NCBI GenBank assembly: GCA_964586735.1
Contig: CAZPIN010000144.1
Span: forward strand, 1 to 60,658
Direction: 5' to 3'
Length of the DNA: 60,658 bases
Source of the DNA: an uncultured Rhodobacterales bacterium
GTDB lineage: Bacteria > Pseudomonadota > Alphaproteobacteria > Rhodobacterales > CAZPXZ01
Shown: positions 30,432 through 40,051 of the stretch, piece by piece
Layout: every line of letters begins with the position of its first letter
Position numbering within the stretch: position 1 is the stretch's first letter
Translations under genes and position numbers: made by a program
The notes under the pieces: model-generated
Databases searched by the model: none
What the model was told of the DNA's origin: nothing
The model's input: the letters and a program-made list of their open reading frames with translations, nothing else

Positions 30432-31178
30432 TCAGCGGCCTAGCCTTAATCGGCTTCGAAACGCAGATCTCCGGGCGCAATGCTCGCGCACCAAACTGAC
30501 CGCTCGGCGGGCGGCGCTCAATGCAGTATGCCTGCGCCTTTGCTTTGGGATTTCCCCGATAATGGACTTCTGCGGAGAATTCGGCAGCAGTACTACAGGA
30601 GGGTTGAGCGTGTAGGTGATCAGATTGTTGCTCCAGTACGCGTGCATTTCATGATCAATGTTCTGGGTGATTCTAGCATGGCGGTTCAAAAAGCATTCCG
30701 CCGAGCGTCTCTTAATCACGTAGGCCAAAGTTCCCTGATCGCTGTATTTTATGATGCCCAACCAGTGGCTTGGAGTTAGTTGCTTTATCGGAGTATAGCG
30801 CTGTTCCGACTTGAATCTGTGCAAAAACACAATATCGAACTCAACGTCTGTTGCCTCGATTTCTGCCAGCACATGCTTGACATCCGGATCTAGCACGATG
30901 TCATCCTCAAATACTGCGGCCATATTATCACCGGAACGAATAAGTCTATGCATTGCCTCGCGGTGGCTAAGCCAGCAGCCTATCGCTCCTGGGCGCATTG
31001 GCCGCTTTCCCTGGCGGTCGCGCACTCTACGGTCCACGATCGCGTAGTCCTCCTCCTTTAGCAGCTTCCAGTCAAAGCCGCTTAGCATCTCAAACTCCAG
31101 CCCCCTGTCGGCAAATGCCTTCGTTACCGCATGGCGCCGCCCTGCTGCCCGCTCCAGGTTGATAACATAGTGCTTCAT
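30432..31178 (-). CDS. Glycosyltransferase family 25
   Basis: YVINLERAAGRR, GAIGCWLSH, VFEDD, GTLAYVI; GAGGAG RBS. Confidence 0.88.
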   Translation of the reverse strand: MKHYVINLERAAGRRHAVTKAFADRGLEFEMLSGFDWKLLKEEDYAIVDRRVRDRQGKRPMRPGAIGCWLSHREAMHRLIRSGDNMAAVFEDDIVLDPDVKHVLAEIEATDVEFDIVFLHRFKSEQRYTPIKQLTPSHWLGIIKYSDQGTLAYVIKRRSAECFLNRHARITQNIDHEMHAYWSNNLITYTLNPPVVLLPNSPQKSIIGEIPKQRRRHTALSAARRAVSLVREHCARRSAFRSRLRLGR

Positions 31179-31562
31179 TGCGTATGCTCCTCGGTCTGTC
31201 TTGAAACACGCCATTGAGGTGAAGCGGTCAGATAGTCGCCCTTTGGGCAAGCTGCGATTGGGCCAGACAGCGGCAGCAACCACCAAAACAGCACAGGAGA
31301 ATTGCAGTGCCCCATAGAATGGGGCAGCCGCCGCCTGACCCGCCACAACCACTACCAGACTTCAGCACGCATGGCAAGTTGCCTGCCACGTCACGCTATC
31401 GCGGGACAGCTTGGCACCAGCGTGCGTTCGGCTGGGAGGTCATAGGGCAGCGGTCTGAAAGGCATCAAGCCGACACCGCATCTGGCGGAAAAGCATCAGC
31501 ATCGAAGCAAGGTGGTTCAGGGGGCACCCGCCCGTCACGAGTCCCTGCAATACAGCCGGGCA

Positions 31563-31613
31563 AGCCTGAGTCCTTGCGATTCACTCCAGCAGAATCGTGA
31601 CTCGACTCAGGCT
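31563..31613 (+). repeat. Intergenic long hairpin
   Basis: AGCCTGAGTC/GACTCAGGCT outer stem plus TTGCGATTC/GAATCGTGA inner stem (G-U pairs on the + strand). Confidence 0.6.
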
Positions 31614-31723
31614 GTGGGCTTGACCCTCTTTGGCGGCCGGGATACGCTGGCGTCTGGGAGGCGGCCTCGTTGACTCCCCGCCAGGCGGATTTCACTGCGG
31701 GCCGCAAAGCACGGAGAACGGCT

Positions 31724-32686
31724 ATGAAAACGGTTGCTGTAATTGGAGGTTCTGGTTTCATCGGCAGGCGGCTGACAGCACATCTGGCGAAGCAAGGCTA
31801 CAGAGTGCGCGTCGGTTGCCGGCACCCCAGCGCTGTCGGTTCCGTACGGGTAGCCGGCGCCGTCGGGCAGGTGGAGCCAGTCTTTTGCAACGTACTGGCT
31901 CCCGAGACGCTGTACAGTCTTCTCGACGGCTGCCAGTTCGCCGTCAACCTGGTCGGCCTGCTGTATGAGCACGGCTCCCAGAAGTTCACTGCCGTGCACC
32001 ATCATGGTGCGCATTCCGTCGCGCGTATCTCTGCTAAGCTCAAGCTCGACCAGCTTGTCCATGTTTCTGCAATTGGAGCGGACGTGGACTCAATATCTCG
32101 CTACGCCAGCACCAAGGGACTTGGCGAGGAGGCCGTGCGGAGCGCGTTTCCCAATGCGGCCATCTTGCGGCCATCGATCGTGTTTGGCGAAGGCGACCAG
32201 TTCTTCACGCGCTTTGCGAAACTGTCCCAGATGCTCCCCATTCTACCGATTGTAGGAGCGGACACCAAATTTCAGCCCATCTACGTAGACGATTTGTGCC
32301 AAGCCATTTTAGCAGTACTGACGAAGACGCCAGATGGGGGGCTATACGAGCTTGGCGGCGCCAAGGTCTATTCGTTTCAGGAACTCATGGGCTTGATGCT
32401 TCGCCACCTGTCAAGAAACAGGCTGATCGTGCCAATTCCCTTTCCTGCCGCGCAGATACTGGGCAGGCTGGCACAGCTAGTTCCAGTGCCGCCTCTTACC
32501 TATGACCAGGTGCTGCTTCTCGAATCTGACGCCATTGTATCGCAAGACGCCCGGACCTTGGAAGATCTGGGCATACGGCCCACTCCGGTTGAAAGCGTCA
32601 TTGAGCGGTGCGTCTCGCATATGCGCGCTGGCGGCCAGTATGCGTCCATTCGCGAGGAGCTCCAGTTGGACAACCAAGCAGCGTAG
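31724..32686 (+). CDS. Complex I NDUFA9-family NAD(P)-dependent oxidoreductase
   Basis: GGSGFIGR, VNLVGLL, VSAIGAD, LRPSIVFG, FQPIYVDD. Confidence 0.93.
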   Translation: MKTVAVIGGSGFIGRRLTAHLAKQGYRVRVGCRHPSAVGSVRVAGAVGQVEPVFCNVLAPETLYSLLDGCQFAVNLVGLLYEHGSQKFTAVHHHGAHSVARISAKLKLDQLVHVSAIGADVDSISRYASTKGLGEEAVRSAFPNAAILRPSIVFGEGDQFFTRFAKLSQMLPILPIVGADTKFQPIYVDDLCQAILAVLTKTPDGGLYELGGAKVYSFQELMGLMLRHLSRNRLIVPIPFPAAQILGRLAQLVPVPPLTYDQVLLLESDAIVSQDARTLEDLGIRPTPVESVIERCVSHMRAGGQYASIREELQLDNQAA

Positions 32687-32753
32687 CCTGCTGCCACCAG
32701 CGGAACTGACGGTTTGACTTCGAAGCAATGCGCTCTAGCGGGCGCATGCAGAC

Positions 32754-33569
32754 TTATGCAATGTCAAAAAAGAGTGCGGCAAGTATCGCAGTCCCGAGCA
32801 ATATTCGGTATACGACAAAAATGGTTAGCGTGTATCGGCTGGTAAACCATAGCATTGCGCGAATTGTCGCAAGGGCAACCGTCAAGGACAGCAGGAAAGC
32901 GATTGCAGCCGATATCGTCAGGGCCGCATCGCCGCTGCGAATGATCTCATATGCACTCAAAGCAAAGGCGGCACCAACGGCCGGTATGGCCAGCAGAAAG
33001 GAAAAAGTCGCCGCGTCCTGGCCGCGTATCCCCAGAAATCGAGCGGCGGTAATCGTGATTCCCGCCCGGCTCACGCCTGGTATCAGCGCGAATACCTGCG
33101 CACAGCCAACAACAATGGCATCCATCGCGGTAACGCCTTTGATGGTGCGGTGGTGCGCCCCCATACGGTCTCCAACAAACAGCAGCAGCCCGAAGACGAT
33201 TGTCATCCATGCTATGGATGTTGGGGATCTCAGCAACTCCGCCCAGCCAAAGTACCAAAGCGCCGCCCCCACTATCACTACAGGTATGGTTGCAAGAATC
33301 AGTACCCAGAACAGTCTCCTGTCTCCTCTTTCGCTGCCCAGGCTGTCTCTGCGAACCACCGACACGCACATTCTATACAGCAGGCTTCGAAAGTAGAGCA
33401 CAACCGCCAGCAGCGTTCCTCCATGCACCGCAACGTCGATCAGCAGGCCCTGATCGCTCTTTCCCATAACGGCGGGAAGCAGCGCCAGATGCGCAGAAGA
33501 GCTAACCGGCAGAAACTCAGTTATTCCCTGCACCAGCGCCAGGATTACAAGGTGTTCCGTACTAATCAT
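32754..33569 (-). CDS. uppP: Undecaprenyl-diphosphate phosphatase
   Basis: QGITEFLPVSSSAH, ALIPGVSRAG, FSFLLAIP, FVVYR. Confidence 0.96.
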   Translation of the reverse strand: MISTEHLVILALVQGITEFLPVSSSAHLALLPAVMGKSDQGLLIDVAVHGGTLLAVVLYFRSLLYRMCVSVVRRDSLGSERGDRRLFWVLILATIPVVIVGAALWYFGWAELLRSPTSIAWMTIVFGLLLFVGDRMGAHHRTIKGVTAMDAIVVGCAQVFALIPGVSRAGITITAARFLGIRGQDAATFSFLLAIPAVGAAFALSAYEIIRSGDAALTISAAIAFLLSLTVALATIRAMLWFTSRYTLTIFVVYRILLGTAILAALFFDIA

Positions 33570-33609
33570 GAAACGTCACCAGAGTATTTGGATAGTCCGT
33601 CAGACCATG

Positions 33610-34389
33610 TCATGCCGACGCTCTGGCCGGCTGAAAGGGTTCGGGCTTCCAGTACTTCGCAATCCACGTCGTGGGCCGTACGCGTCTGTGCACCCTGCCG
33701 GTAGTGTGGCCAGCCAGAGCTTCATGGGGATTGGGCCTGCCATGAAAAACTACGATATGGGCGCCATGAGGTTCCGTAGGTTCCCGCAGCAAATTGGCCG
33801 GAAACAGCGGGATGCAATGCCGCTTAAAACTTACGATCCAGTCCGAAGGCCACCAGCAGTGCCCATCGAGGCGTTCACTGACAAACCTCTGCTCGTTCCT
33901 GTAGTTTGCAAGCGCCGCCTCCCTCGACTTGGCAAACTCGTCATAGATGTATCCCAGGCTGTTCGCCTCGAACCGGAATACGGACGTGTTTGCAATTCTT
34001 GGCTTTCCGGCATGCCGCAGGCGCTGGTAGGACTGCTCCCAGTCTTTGATGAAGCAGTTTCGTCCCTGCTGATATGTCAGCAATTCCGCAATAGGCTTCC
34101 GGATCACGATGTCGAGGTCAAGAAAAAGGCACTGCCCCTGCATATTTGCCAGCCCCGATTTGAGCACGCCAATTTTGGGCCACGCGCCGCGTACGAACGC
34201 GCGCTCGGGAAACTCCAGGTCGGGCATCTCGCAGCTTTCTATTTCTGGCAGCAGCCCCGACGGGTCGTCGGTGAAGCACAGAAAGCGAAACGGCTGGTCA
34301 AGGCTGCTCGCCACTGACGCATACAGCCTGTTCACGTAGCCGGAGGTGTAGCGGGTACCCCACTTCATCGAAAGTACGTTGAGCGTCAT
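33610..34389 (-). CDS. Putative GT-A glycosyltransferase (MKWG family)
   Basis: MKWGTRY..YVNRLY, FLCFTDD, LFLDLDIVI, VFHGRPNP. Confidence 0.8.
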   Translation of the reverse strand: MTLNVLSMKWGTRYTSGYVNRLYASVASSLDQPFRFLCFTDDPSGLLPEIESCEMPDLEFPERAFVRGAWPKIGVLKSGLANMQGQCLFLDLDIVIRKPIAELLTYQQGRNCFIKDWEQSYQRLRHAGKPRIANTSVFRFEANSLGYIYDEFAKSREAALANYRNEQRFVSERLDGHCWWPSDWIVSFKRHCIPLFPANLLREPTEPHGAHIVVFHGRPNPHEALAGHTTGRVHRRVRPTTWIAKYWKPEPFQPARASA

Positions 34390-35738
34390 TCTGCTTTCCC
34401 TCCTTCAACCGGTGCGCTCCCGCAGCACCAGTACTCCAGTCCCGCCTGCTTCATTGCATGCGGATTGTACAGGTTTCGCATGTCCACAATAACCCTTCCC
34501 GCCATGGCCTTCCTGTACTCTTCAGGCGATATGCCCCTAAACTCCCGCCATTCGGTTAGAATTAGCACAGCTTCAGATCCGGCAATCGCCTCCGTGGCCG
34601 AGCTGGCAAACGCGACCCGTTCGAATTCCGGCATACCACCCGCGTTGTTCATTCCCACTGGGTCGTAGGCAACAACGTTGACTCCCATCGCCACCAGACT
34701 TGGAACGGCCACGAGGCTGGCAGCCTCCCGCATATCGTCGGTATCGGGTTTGTATGTCAGTCCGAGCACCGCAATGCGCTTATTGGCGATATCACCCCCA
34801 AACGCAGATTCTACCCTGTCTGCAATAGCCTCTCTTCGCCTTTGGTTTGAGTCGATTGCAGCGCTTACAATGGCGGCTGGCGCACCCGCATCATTCGCCA
34901 TGTGCTTCAGGGCAACGGTGTCCTTTGGCAGGCAGCTGCCGCCGTATCCGGGTCCTGGATGCAGAAACAGCGGGCCTATCCGCCGGTCCATTCCCAGAAT
35001 TTTCGTTACCGCCGTAATGTCGGTTCCCATCGCTTCGCACAGGTCGGCAATCTCATTGACATACGTTATTTTCATCGCCAGAAACGAATTGGTCACATAT
35101 TTCGCCAGCTCGGATGTTTCGCGGTTCGCAATCACAATGGGCACCTCGCGCAGACTCAGCGTCTGATAGAGTCTGCAGAGCACGTCCTTCGCATGATCGG
35201 AATTCACGCCCAGCACCACGCGGTCCGGCTTCATGAAATCTTCGATCGCCGTCCCCTCTCGAAGAAACTCCGGATTGGAGGCGACGTCGAAGTGCTTGCC
35301 TGGCTCCATGTCCGGCCGCTCCTCTGCGATGATCTCTTCCACCATCCGCGCGGTGCTCACGGGTACCGTGGACTTCATGGCCACGACGGTTCGCTGCTTC
35401 AGCGTCAAGGCTTGCGCGATCTGCCTGGATACGGTTTTCACATCCGACAAGTCCGGCATGCCGTCCCGCCTCCCCATGGGCGTTCCAACTGCAATAAACA
35501 CGACGTCCGCATTGCCGACGGAGGTTTCCATGCTCTCCTCGAATGCAAGCCGCCCGGCCTCTACATTCCGTTTCACAAGACTGGCAATGCCCGGCTCGTG
35601 AAACGGGATGCGGCCGTTTCGCAACTCCGTAAGCCGCTCTCCGTTCGCCTCAACGCAGACCACATCCGCACCGAAGTCTGAGAGGCACGAAGCGGACACA
35701 AGGCCCACGTAGCCCGCGCCAACTACCACTACTCGCAT
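34386..35738 (-). CDS. ugd: UDP-glucose 6-dehydrogenase
   Basis: GAGYVGL, KSTVP, SNPEFLREG, GPGYGGSCLPKD, KPDTDDMRE. Confidence 0.95.
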   Translation of the reverse strand: MRVVVVGAGYVGLVSASCLSDFGADVVCVEANGERLTELRNGRIPFHEPGIASLVKRNVEAGRLAFEESMETSVGNADVVFIAVGTPMGRRDGMPDLSDVKTVSRQIAQALTLKQRTVVAMKSTVPVSTARMVEEIIAEERPDMEPGKHFDVASNPEFLREGTAIEDFMKPDRVVLGVNSDHAKDVLCRLYQTLSLREVPIVIANRETSELAKYVTNSFLAMKITYVNEIADLCEAMGTDITAVTKILGMDRRIGPLFLHPGPGYGGSCLPKDTVALKHMANDAGAPAAIVSAAIDSNQRRREAIADRVESAFGGDIANKRIAVLGLTYKPDTDDMREAASLVAVPSLVAMGVNVVAYDPVGMNNAGGMPEFERVAFASSATEAIAGSEAVLILTEWREFRGISPEEYRKAMAGRVIVDMRNLYNPHAMKQAGLEYWCCGSAPVEGGKAE

Positions 35739-36332
35739 GCTTCACGCTCCATTCGCTCGCCTGATACGCGCCGAATTGTATTGAGATTCAGCCATTTGAG
35801 AGTCCATCATGGCTGCCCTCCATCATGTATGCAAACCATCCGTTCCGAGGTACAGTTCGCCGACTCCCGCCATAACGGCGGCAACCCGACGCGGCTGTGA
35901 TTCAGTGGCTGGAAGCACCCGCGCCACGACGGCGGCACCCCACTTGACCTTCTGATTCGCCACCCTCTTGACGGGACAGGACGCGTACTGCCGCCTTGCC
36001 TGACGCTTAGGCAGAGTATACACAATCAAGCCCTCGGCGGCGGCGGGCAAGACTGGGGCACTCTACGCACTCTACATGGAGCCCAGCTCCCTGCATGCAC
36101 TCTCGCGCACCGCCGCAGCTCGGCTGCGGTGGACGCCGTTCCGGGATATACGGAAACGGCATCGCCGCCTTGGCGGCTCCTTGACTCCGCCCAGGCGCTG
36201 CTGCACCATACGGTTTGCTCATAGGCGAGAGTCAAGGCCGGAGTGCGCTGCGCCGCGTGCGACCAGTTGCCGCGATACATCCGGCAACTTCCGCTGAAAT
36301 GATCGCCATTCAGCAGATTGCGAGTGAAACAG

Positions 36333-37130
36333 ATGCAGATTGCTGTGATCAGCCTGCCCGCGGCTACGGAGCGCCGAGCGGCCATGGCCCGGGAGTTCCA
36401 GCGCCTTGGTCTCGAATTCCGCTTTGCTGATGCCATTGACGGCTCCTCCCTAACCAGCGAGCAGCTGGCCAGGGTGGACTTCGGCACGAGGCGGAAAATG
36501 GGGCTGTACCCGCAGGCAACTGGGTCTATCGCCAATTGGCTGACGCAAATGGGCGTTTTCCGCGAGTTCGCCAACGGGGACGGAGGTACGCTCGCCGTGT
36601 TCGAGGACGACGCCAGGCTGGACGACCGTTTGCCGGCAGTGTTTGACGCGCTGGACAGGGACATGCGCGGCTTTGATATCGTGAAGCTCAACCGTCGGCA
36701 GACATACAAGAGGTTCGACCGCTGCGTCGAGCTGGTGGACGGAGTGTCGATTGGCCATGTTCGCTATTCCGACCTCGGCAACGAGGGATTCGTCATCTCC
36801 CGCGAGGCAGCGCGGCACCTAACGGCCACGTTTCCCAGAATGGTCAGGGAGATAGACCAGGTCGTTCCCCGGTTCTGGGAAAACGGCCTTCGCGTCGGGT
36901 ACGTGGACCCTCCTCTCGTTCATCTGGACACCACGCTGTATTCGCAGATAGAAAACACGCGTACCCGGTCCCGCAGGCAGCATGGCGAAGAAGTGCCCGC
37001 TTACCTGCGGCTGTGGCGACGGCTGGCGACCTCGCTGCCGGCCAGCTACCGCCGGCGGCGCATCTATGGAAAGATGCTCAAAGGCGAGTGGGGACTGGCG
37101 GTTTCCGCCGATTCTCCTCGGAATACGTAG
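36333..37130 (+). CDS. Glycosyltransferase family 25
   Basis: VISLPAATERR, FADAIDG, GSIANWLTQM (shared with the 3203-3985 gene), VFEDDA, RFWENGL. Confidence 0.87.
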   Translation: MQIAVISLPAATERRAAMAREFQRLGLEFRFADAIDGSSLTSEQLARVDFGTRRKMGLYPQATGSIANWLTQMGVFREFANGDGGTLAVFEDDARLDDRLPAVFDALDRDMRGFDIVKLNRRQTYKRFDRCVELVDGVSIGHVRYSDLGNEGFVISREAARHLTATFPRMVREIDQVVPRFWENGLRVGYVDPPLVHLDTTLYSQIENTRTRSRRQHGEEVPAYLRLWRRLATSLPASYRRRRIYGKMLKGEWGLAVSADSPRNT

Positions 37131-37152
37131 CGGTTGTGCGCCGCAGCAAAAT

Positions 37153-37181
37153 TTGACATGCCGCGCCGCCGCGCCTAGATT
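37153..37181 (+). promoter_or_regulatory. Sigma70-type promoter for tRNA-Leu
   Basis: TTGACA-17 nt-TAGATT. Confidence 0.65.
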
Positions 37182-37211
37182 GGCCTTGGCAGCCAGCCGT
37201 TGGCGCTGCGT

Positions 37212-37298
37212 GCCCAGGTGGCGGAATTGGTAGACGCGCTAGCTTCAGGTGCTAGTGACCGCAAGGTCGTGGAAGTTCGAGTCTTCTCCTGGGCACCA
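37212..37298 (+). tRNA. tRNA-Leu (anticodon CAG)
   Basis: GCCCAGG/CCTGGGC acceptor stem, GGAATTGGTAGAC D-loop, CTAGC-TTCAGGT-GCTAG anticodon arm, long variable arm, GTTCGAGT, encoded CCA. Confidence 0.97.
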
Positions 37299-37332
37299 CC
37301 CACCCGCAGTTCAAGACAGAGTCCCGTTCCGC

Positions 37333-37950
37333 ATGGAAGCTCGCGTTCATGAAGGCGACCTGCCGAATTCCTTTCGCGCAGGCGACAGCATCGCCATCGA
37401 CTGCGAGGCCATGGGCCTCCGCCACGGCCGGGACCGGCTTTGCCTCGTGCAGCTTTCCGTGGGAGACGGATCGGTGGATCTGGTGCGGGTGCCGCCCAAG
37501 TCTCCCGATTCCCCCAACCTCACCCGCATCCTCGCCGACGCCGGCGTCGAGAAAATCTTCCACTTCGCGCGCTTCGACATCGCCGCTCTGATGAACGCCT
37601 ACGGCGTCATGGCCCAGCCCGTCTACTGCACGCGCACGGCCTCGATTTTCGCCCGCACCTTCGCCAACCGGCACTCTCTCAAGGACCTCTGCAAGGAGCT
37701 GCTGGGCATCAAGATCGACAAGGAGGAGCAGCAGTCCGACTGGGGCAGCCCCAGCCTTACCAAAGAGCAGATTCAGTATGCGGCCAACGACGTCCTGTAC
37801 CTCCACCGGCTTCGCGATGTCCTCACCGAGATGCTGGAGCGTGAGGGCCGTCTCGATATCGCCCGGGGCTGTTTCGAGTTTCTCCCCTGGAGGGCCAGGA
37901 TCGACCTGGCCGGCTGGCATGATGTCGATGTCTTCGCGCACAACAGCTGA
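37333..37950 (+). CDS. rnd: Ribonuclease D-like 3'-5' exonuclease
   Basis: IAIDCE, DRLCLVQL, FHFARFD, QQSDW, YAANDV. Confidence 0.92.
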   Translation: MEARVHEGDLPNSFRAGDSIAIDCEAMGLRHGRDRLCLVQLSVGDGSVDLVRVPPKSPDSPNLTRILADAGVEKIFHFARFDIAALMNAYGVMAQPVYCTRTASIFARTFANRHSLKDLCKELLGIKIDKEEQQSDWGSPSLTKEQIQYAANDVLYLHRLRDVLTEMLEREGRLDIARGCFEFLPWRARIDLAGWHDVDVFAHNS

Positions 37951-37957
37951 CCGGGCC

Positions 37958-38938
37958 GTGAACCAAGCTTCCCATTCGGCCGACATCGACGAGGCACGAC
38001 GGGTCATCCGGGCCGAAGCCCGCGCCCTTGAGGCCCTCGCGGACAGCCTCGGCCAGGCGTTCCTTGGCGCGGTCGACGCCGTGCTCAGCGCCAAAGGACG
38101 GGTCATCGTCTCGGGCATGGGCAAGTCCGGACACGTCGGCCGCAAGATCGCCGCCACGCTGGCTTCGACCGGCACGCCCGCCCAGTTCGTCCATCCGGCT
38201 GAGGCCAGCCACGGAGACCTGGGCATGCTCACTGGCGAGGATGTCGCTCTGGTGCTGTCCAATTCCGGCGAAACCCCCGAGCTTGCCGACCTTGTCTCCT
38301 ACACCCGGCGGCAATCCATACCCCTGATTGGGGTCGCTGCGGCGGCGGACAGCTCGCTGCTGAAGGTTGCCGATATCGCCCTGCTTCTGCCAGCTGCCGA
38401 AGAAGCCTGCCCGCTGGGACTCGCTCCCACGACCTCGACAACCGCCACCATGGCCCTCGGAGACGCTCTGGCGGTCGCCGTCATGCAGCGGCGGGATTTC
38501 ACGCCAGCGCATTTTCGCATGCTGCATCCAGGCGGCCAGCTTGGCTCCAAGCTCCTTCAGGTGCGCGACCTGATGCACGACGCGGCGTCCCTGCCGCTGG
38601 TGTCGCCCGACGCGTCTATGGCCGACGCCCTGCTGGAAATGAGCGCCAAGGGTTTTGGCGTCGTCGGCGTGGTCGATGGAAACGGACGTCTTGCTGGGGT
38701 AATCTCGGACGGCGACCTGCGGCGCAGCATGGACGGACTGCTCGACCGAACGGCCAAAGAGGTCGCGACAGGCCAGCCGAAGGTGACGCGGCCAGAGGCG
38801 CTGGTGGAGGAGGCGGTCAAGTACATGAATGACAGCATGGTGCTGGTACTGTTCGTCGTGGAGCGGCCCGGGGACGGTCCGTCGAAGCCCGTCGGCCTGC
38901 TCCACATCCACGACTGCCTGCGGGCTGGCCTTGGCTGA
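37958..38938 (+). CDS. kdsD: KpsF/GutQ arabinose-5-phosphate isomerase
   Basis: GMGKSGHVG, HPAEASHGDLG, APTTSTT, HPGGQLG, CBS domains. Confidence 0.94.
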   Translation: MNQASHSADIDEARRVIRAEARALEALADSLGQAFLGAVDAVLSAKGRVIVSGMGKSGHVGRKIAATLASTGTPAQFVHPAEASHGDLGMLTGEDVALVLSNSGETPELADLVSYTRRQSIPLIGVAAAADSSLLKVADIALLLPAAEEACPLGLAPTTSTTATMALGDALAVAVMQRRDFTPAHFRMLHPGGQLGSKLLQVRDLMHDAASLPLVSPDASMADALLEMSAKGFGVVGVVDGNGRLAGVISDGDLRRSMDGLLDRTAKEVATGQPKVTRPEALVEEAVKYMNDSMVLVLFVVERPGDGPSKPVGLLHIHDCLRAGLG

Positions 38939-39539
38939 CCGCGCCGACAGCAAGCCCAAGGTGCGGCATCCCTTTCGACGCCAGGTCGCGGGCCTGTTCG
39001 CCGCGGCTGCCGCCGTTGTGCTCTTTCTTGTGGCCGCCAGCTATTTCGGCCTCGGCGACGACGAAACTCCCGTTTCGGATATCGAGCAGTCTGGCGACCA
39101 CCTGATCGAGAACCCCCGCTACGTGGCGCAAAGCGACGACGGACGGGCGGTCGTCATCTCGGCGGACTGGGCGACGCCCGTCGAACATGACGAAAGCCGC
39201 TTCCAGCTCAGCAACGTGTCGGCCAGAACCCGTCTGCTGGGGATTGACGAAATCAGCATCACGGCTGAAAGTGGCGTTTACCACACGGAACAGAGAACCG
39301 TGGATCTGTCTGGCGGCGTGGTCCTGCAGGACAGCGCGGGACAGCGGATCAGCACCGACGGCATCACCATCGACGCCAAGTCGCTGACCCTGCGCGCGGA
39401 ATCCGGAGTACGGGTAGAAATGAGCGGCTTGGACATCGAGGCGGGCGACCTGCTTCTCCTCACTGGCGAAGCTGACAGGCGCGGCGTCTTCTCGGGCGGG
39501 GTGCGCGCCCGGTACAGTCCCGCATTGGCGAGCAACTGA
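38931..39539 (+). CDS. lptC: LPS export protein LptC (start uncertain)
   Basis: N-terminal TM, IENPRY, beta-jellyroll-like body, position kdsD-lptC-lptA-lptB. Confidence 0.8.
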   Translation: MADRADSKPKVRHPFRRQVAGLFAAAAAVVLFLVAASYFGLGDDETPVSDIEQSGDHLIENPRYVAQSDDGRAVVISADWATPVEHDESRFQLSNVSARTRLLGIDEISITAESGVYHTEQRTVDLSGGVVLQDSAGQRISTDGITIDAKSLTLRAESGVRVEMSGLDIEAGDLLLLTGEADRRGVFSGGVRARYSPALASN

Positions 39540-40051
39540 TGGCTTCCCGCGCCAGACCGTGGTTTCTGGGCCTGGCCCTGTCTCTGGCCACCATGCAGGC
39601 GCAGGCCCAGAGCCTTGGCGCGTCCAGCCTGCAGGTAGATCCAGCCCAGCCCGTAACCATCACTTCCGACTCGCTGGAGATCATTGAGCGCGATAACCTC
39701 GCGCTGTTCAGCGGAGACGTGGCGCTTGTCCAGGGCGACCTGAAGATCAGCGCCCCGACCGTGAGGGTCGTCTACGGGGCGTCGGACGGTACCGCCGCAA
39801 GCCGCCAGATCGAAACGGTGGAGGCACCCGACGGCGCGACGATCGCCAGCGGCGGACAGACCGTCGAGGGAGGCCGTCTCGTCTATCGCCTGAGCAGCCG
39901 CATGGTGGAGATCACCGGCGGCGTGGAAATCGAACAGGACGGCAGCGCGCTGCTGGCGGAGCAGCTGGTGCTGGACATTGACGCCGGCACGGTAGTAATG
40001 CGCGGCGGCGAGGGGGGCCAGGTGCGGGCCGTGCTGGGCCAGGGAAATTGA
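39539..40051 (+). CDS. lptA: LPS export periplasmic protein LptA
   Basis: Signal peptide, QPVTITSDSL, ALFSGDV..QGDLKI. Confidence 0.88.
   Translation: MASRARPWFLGLALSLATMQAQAQSLGASSLQVDPAQPVTITSDSLEIIERDNLALFSGDVALVQGDLKISAPTVRVVYGASDGTAASRQIETVEAPDGATIASGGQTVEGGRLVYRLSSRMVEITGGVEIEQDGSALLAEQLVLDIDAGTVVMRGGEGGQVRAVLGQGN

Noticed and set aside
31400-31700. 6S RNA, SRP RNA or group II intron fragment
   Set aside because: No diagnostic motifs recognised; only a hairpin is supported
28400-37298. Integrative island at tRNA-Leu
   Set aside because: The low-GC block is on the 5' side of the tRNA; no integrase and no duplicated tRNA end were seen
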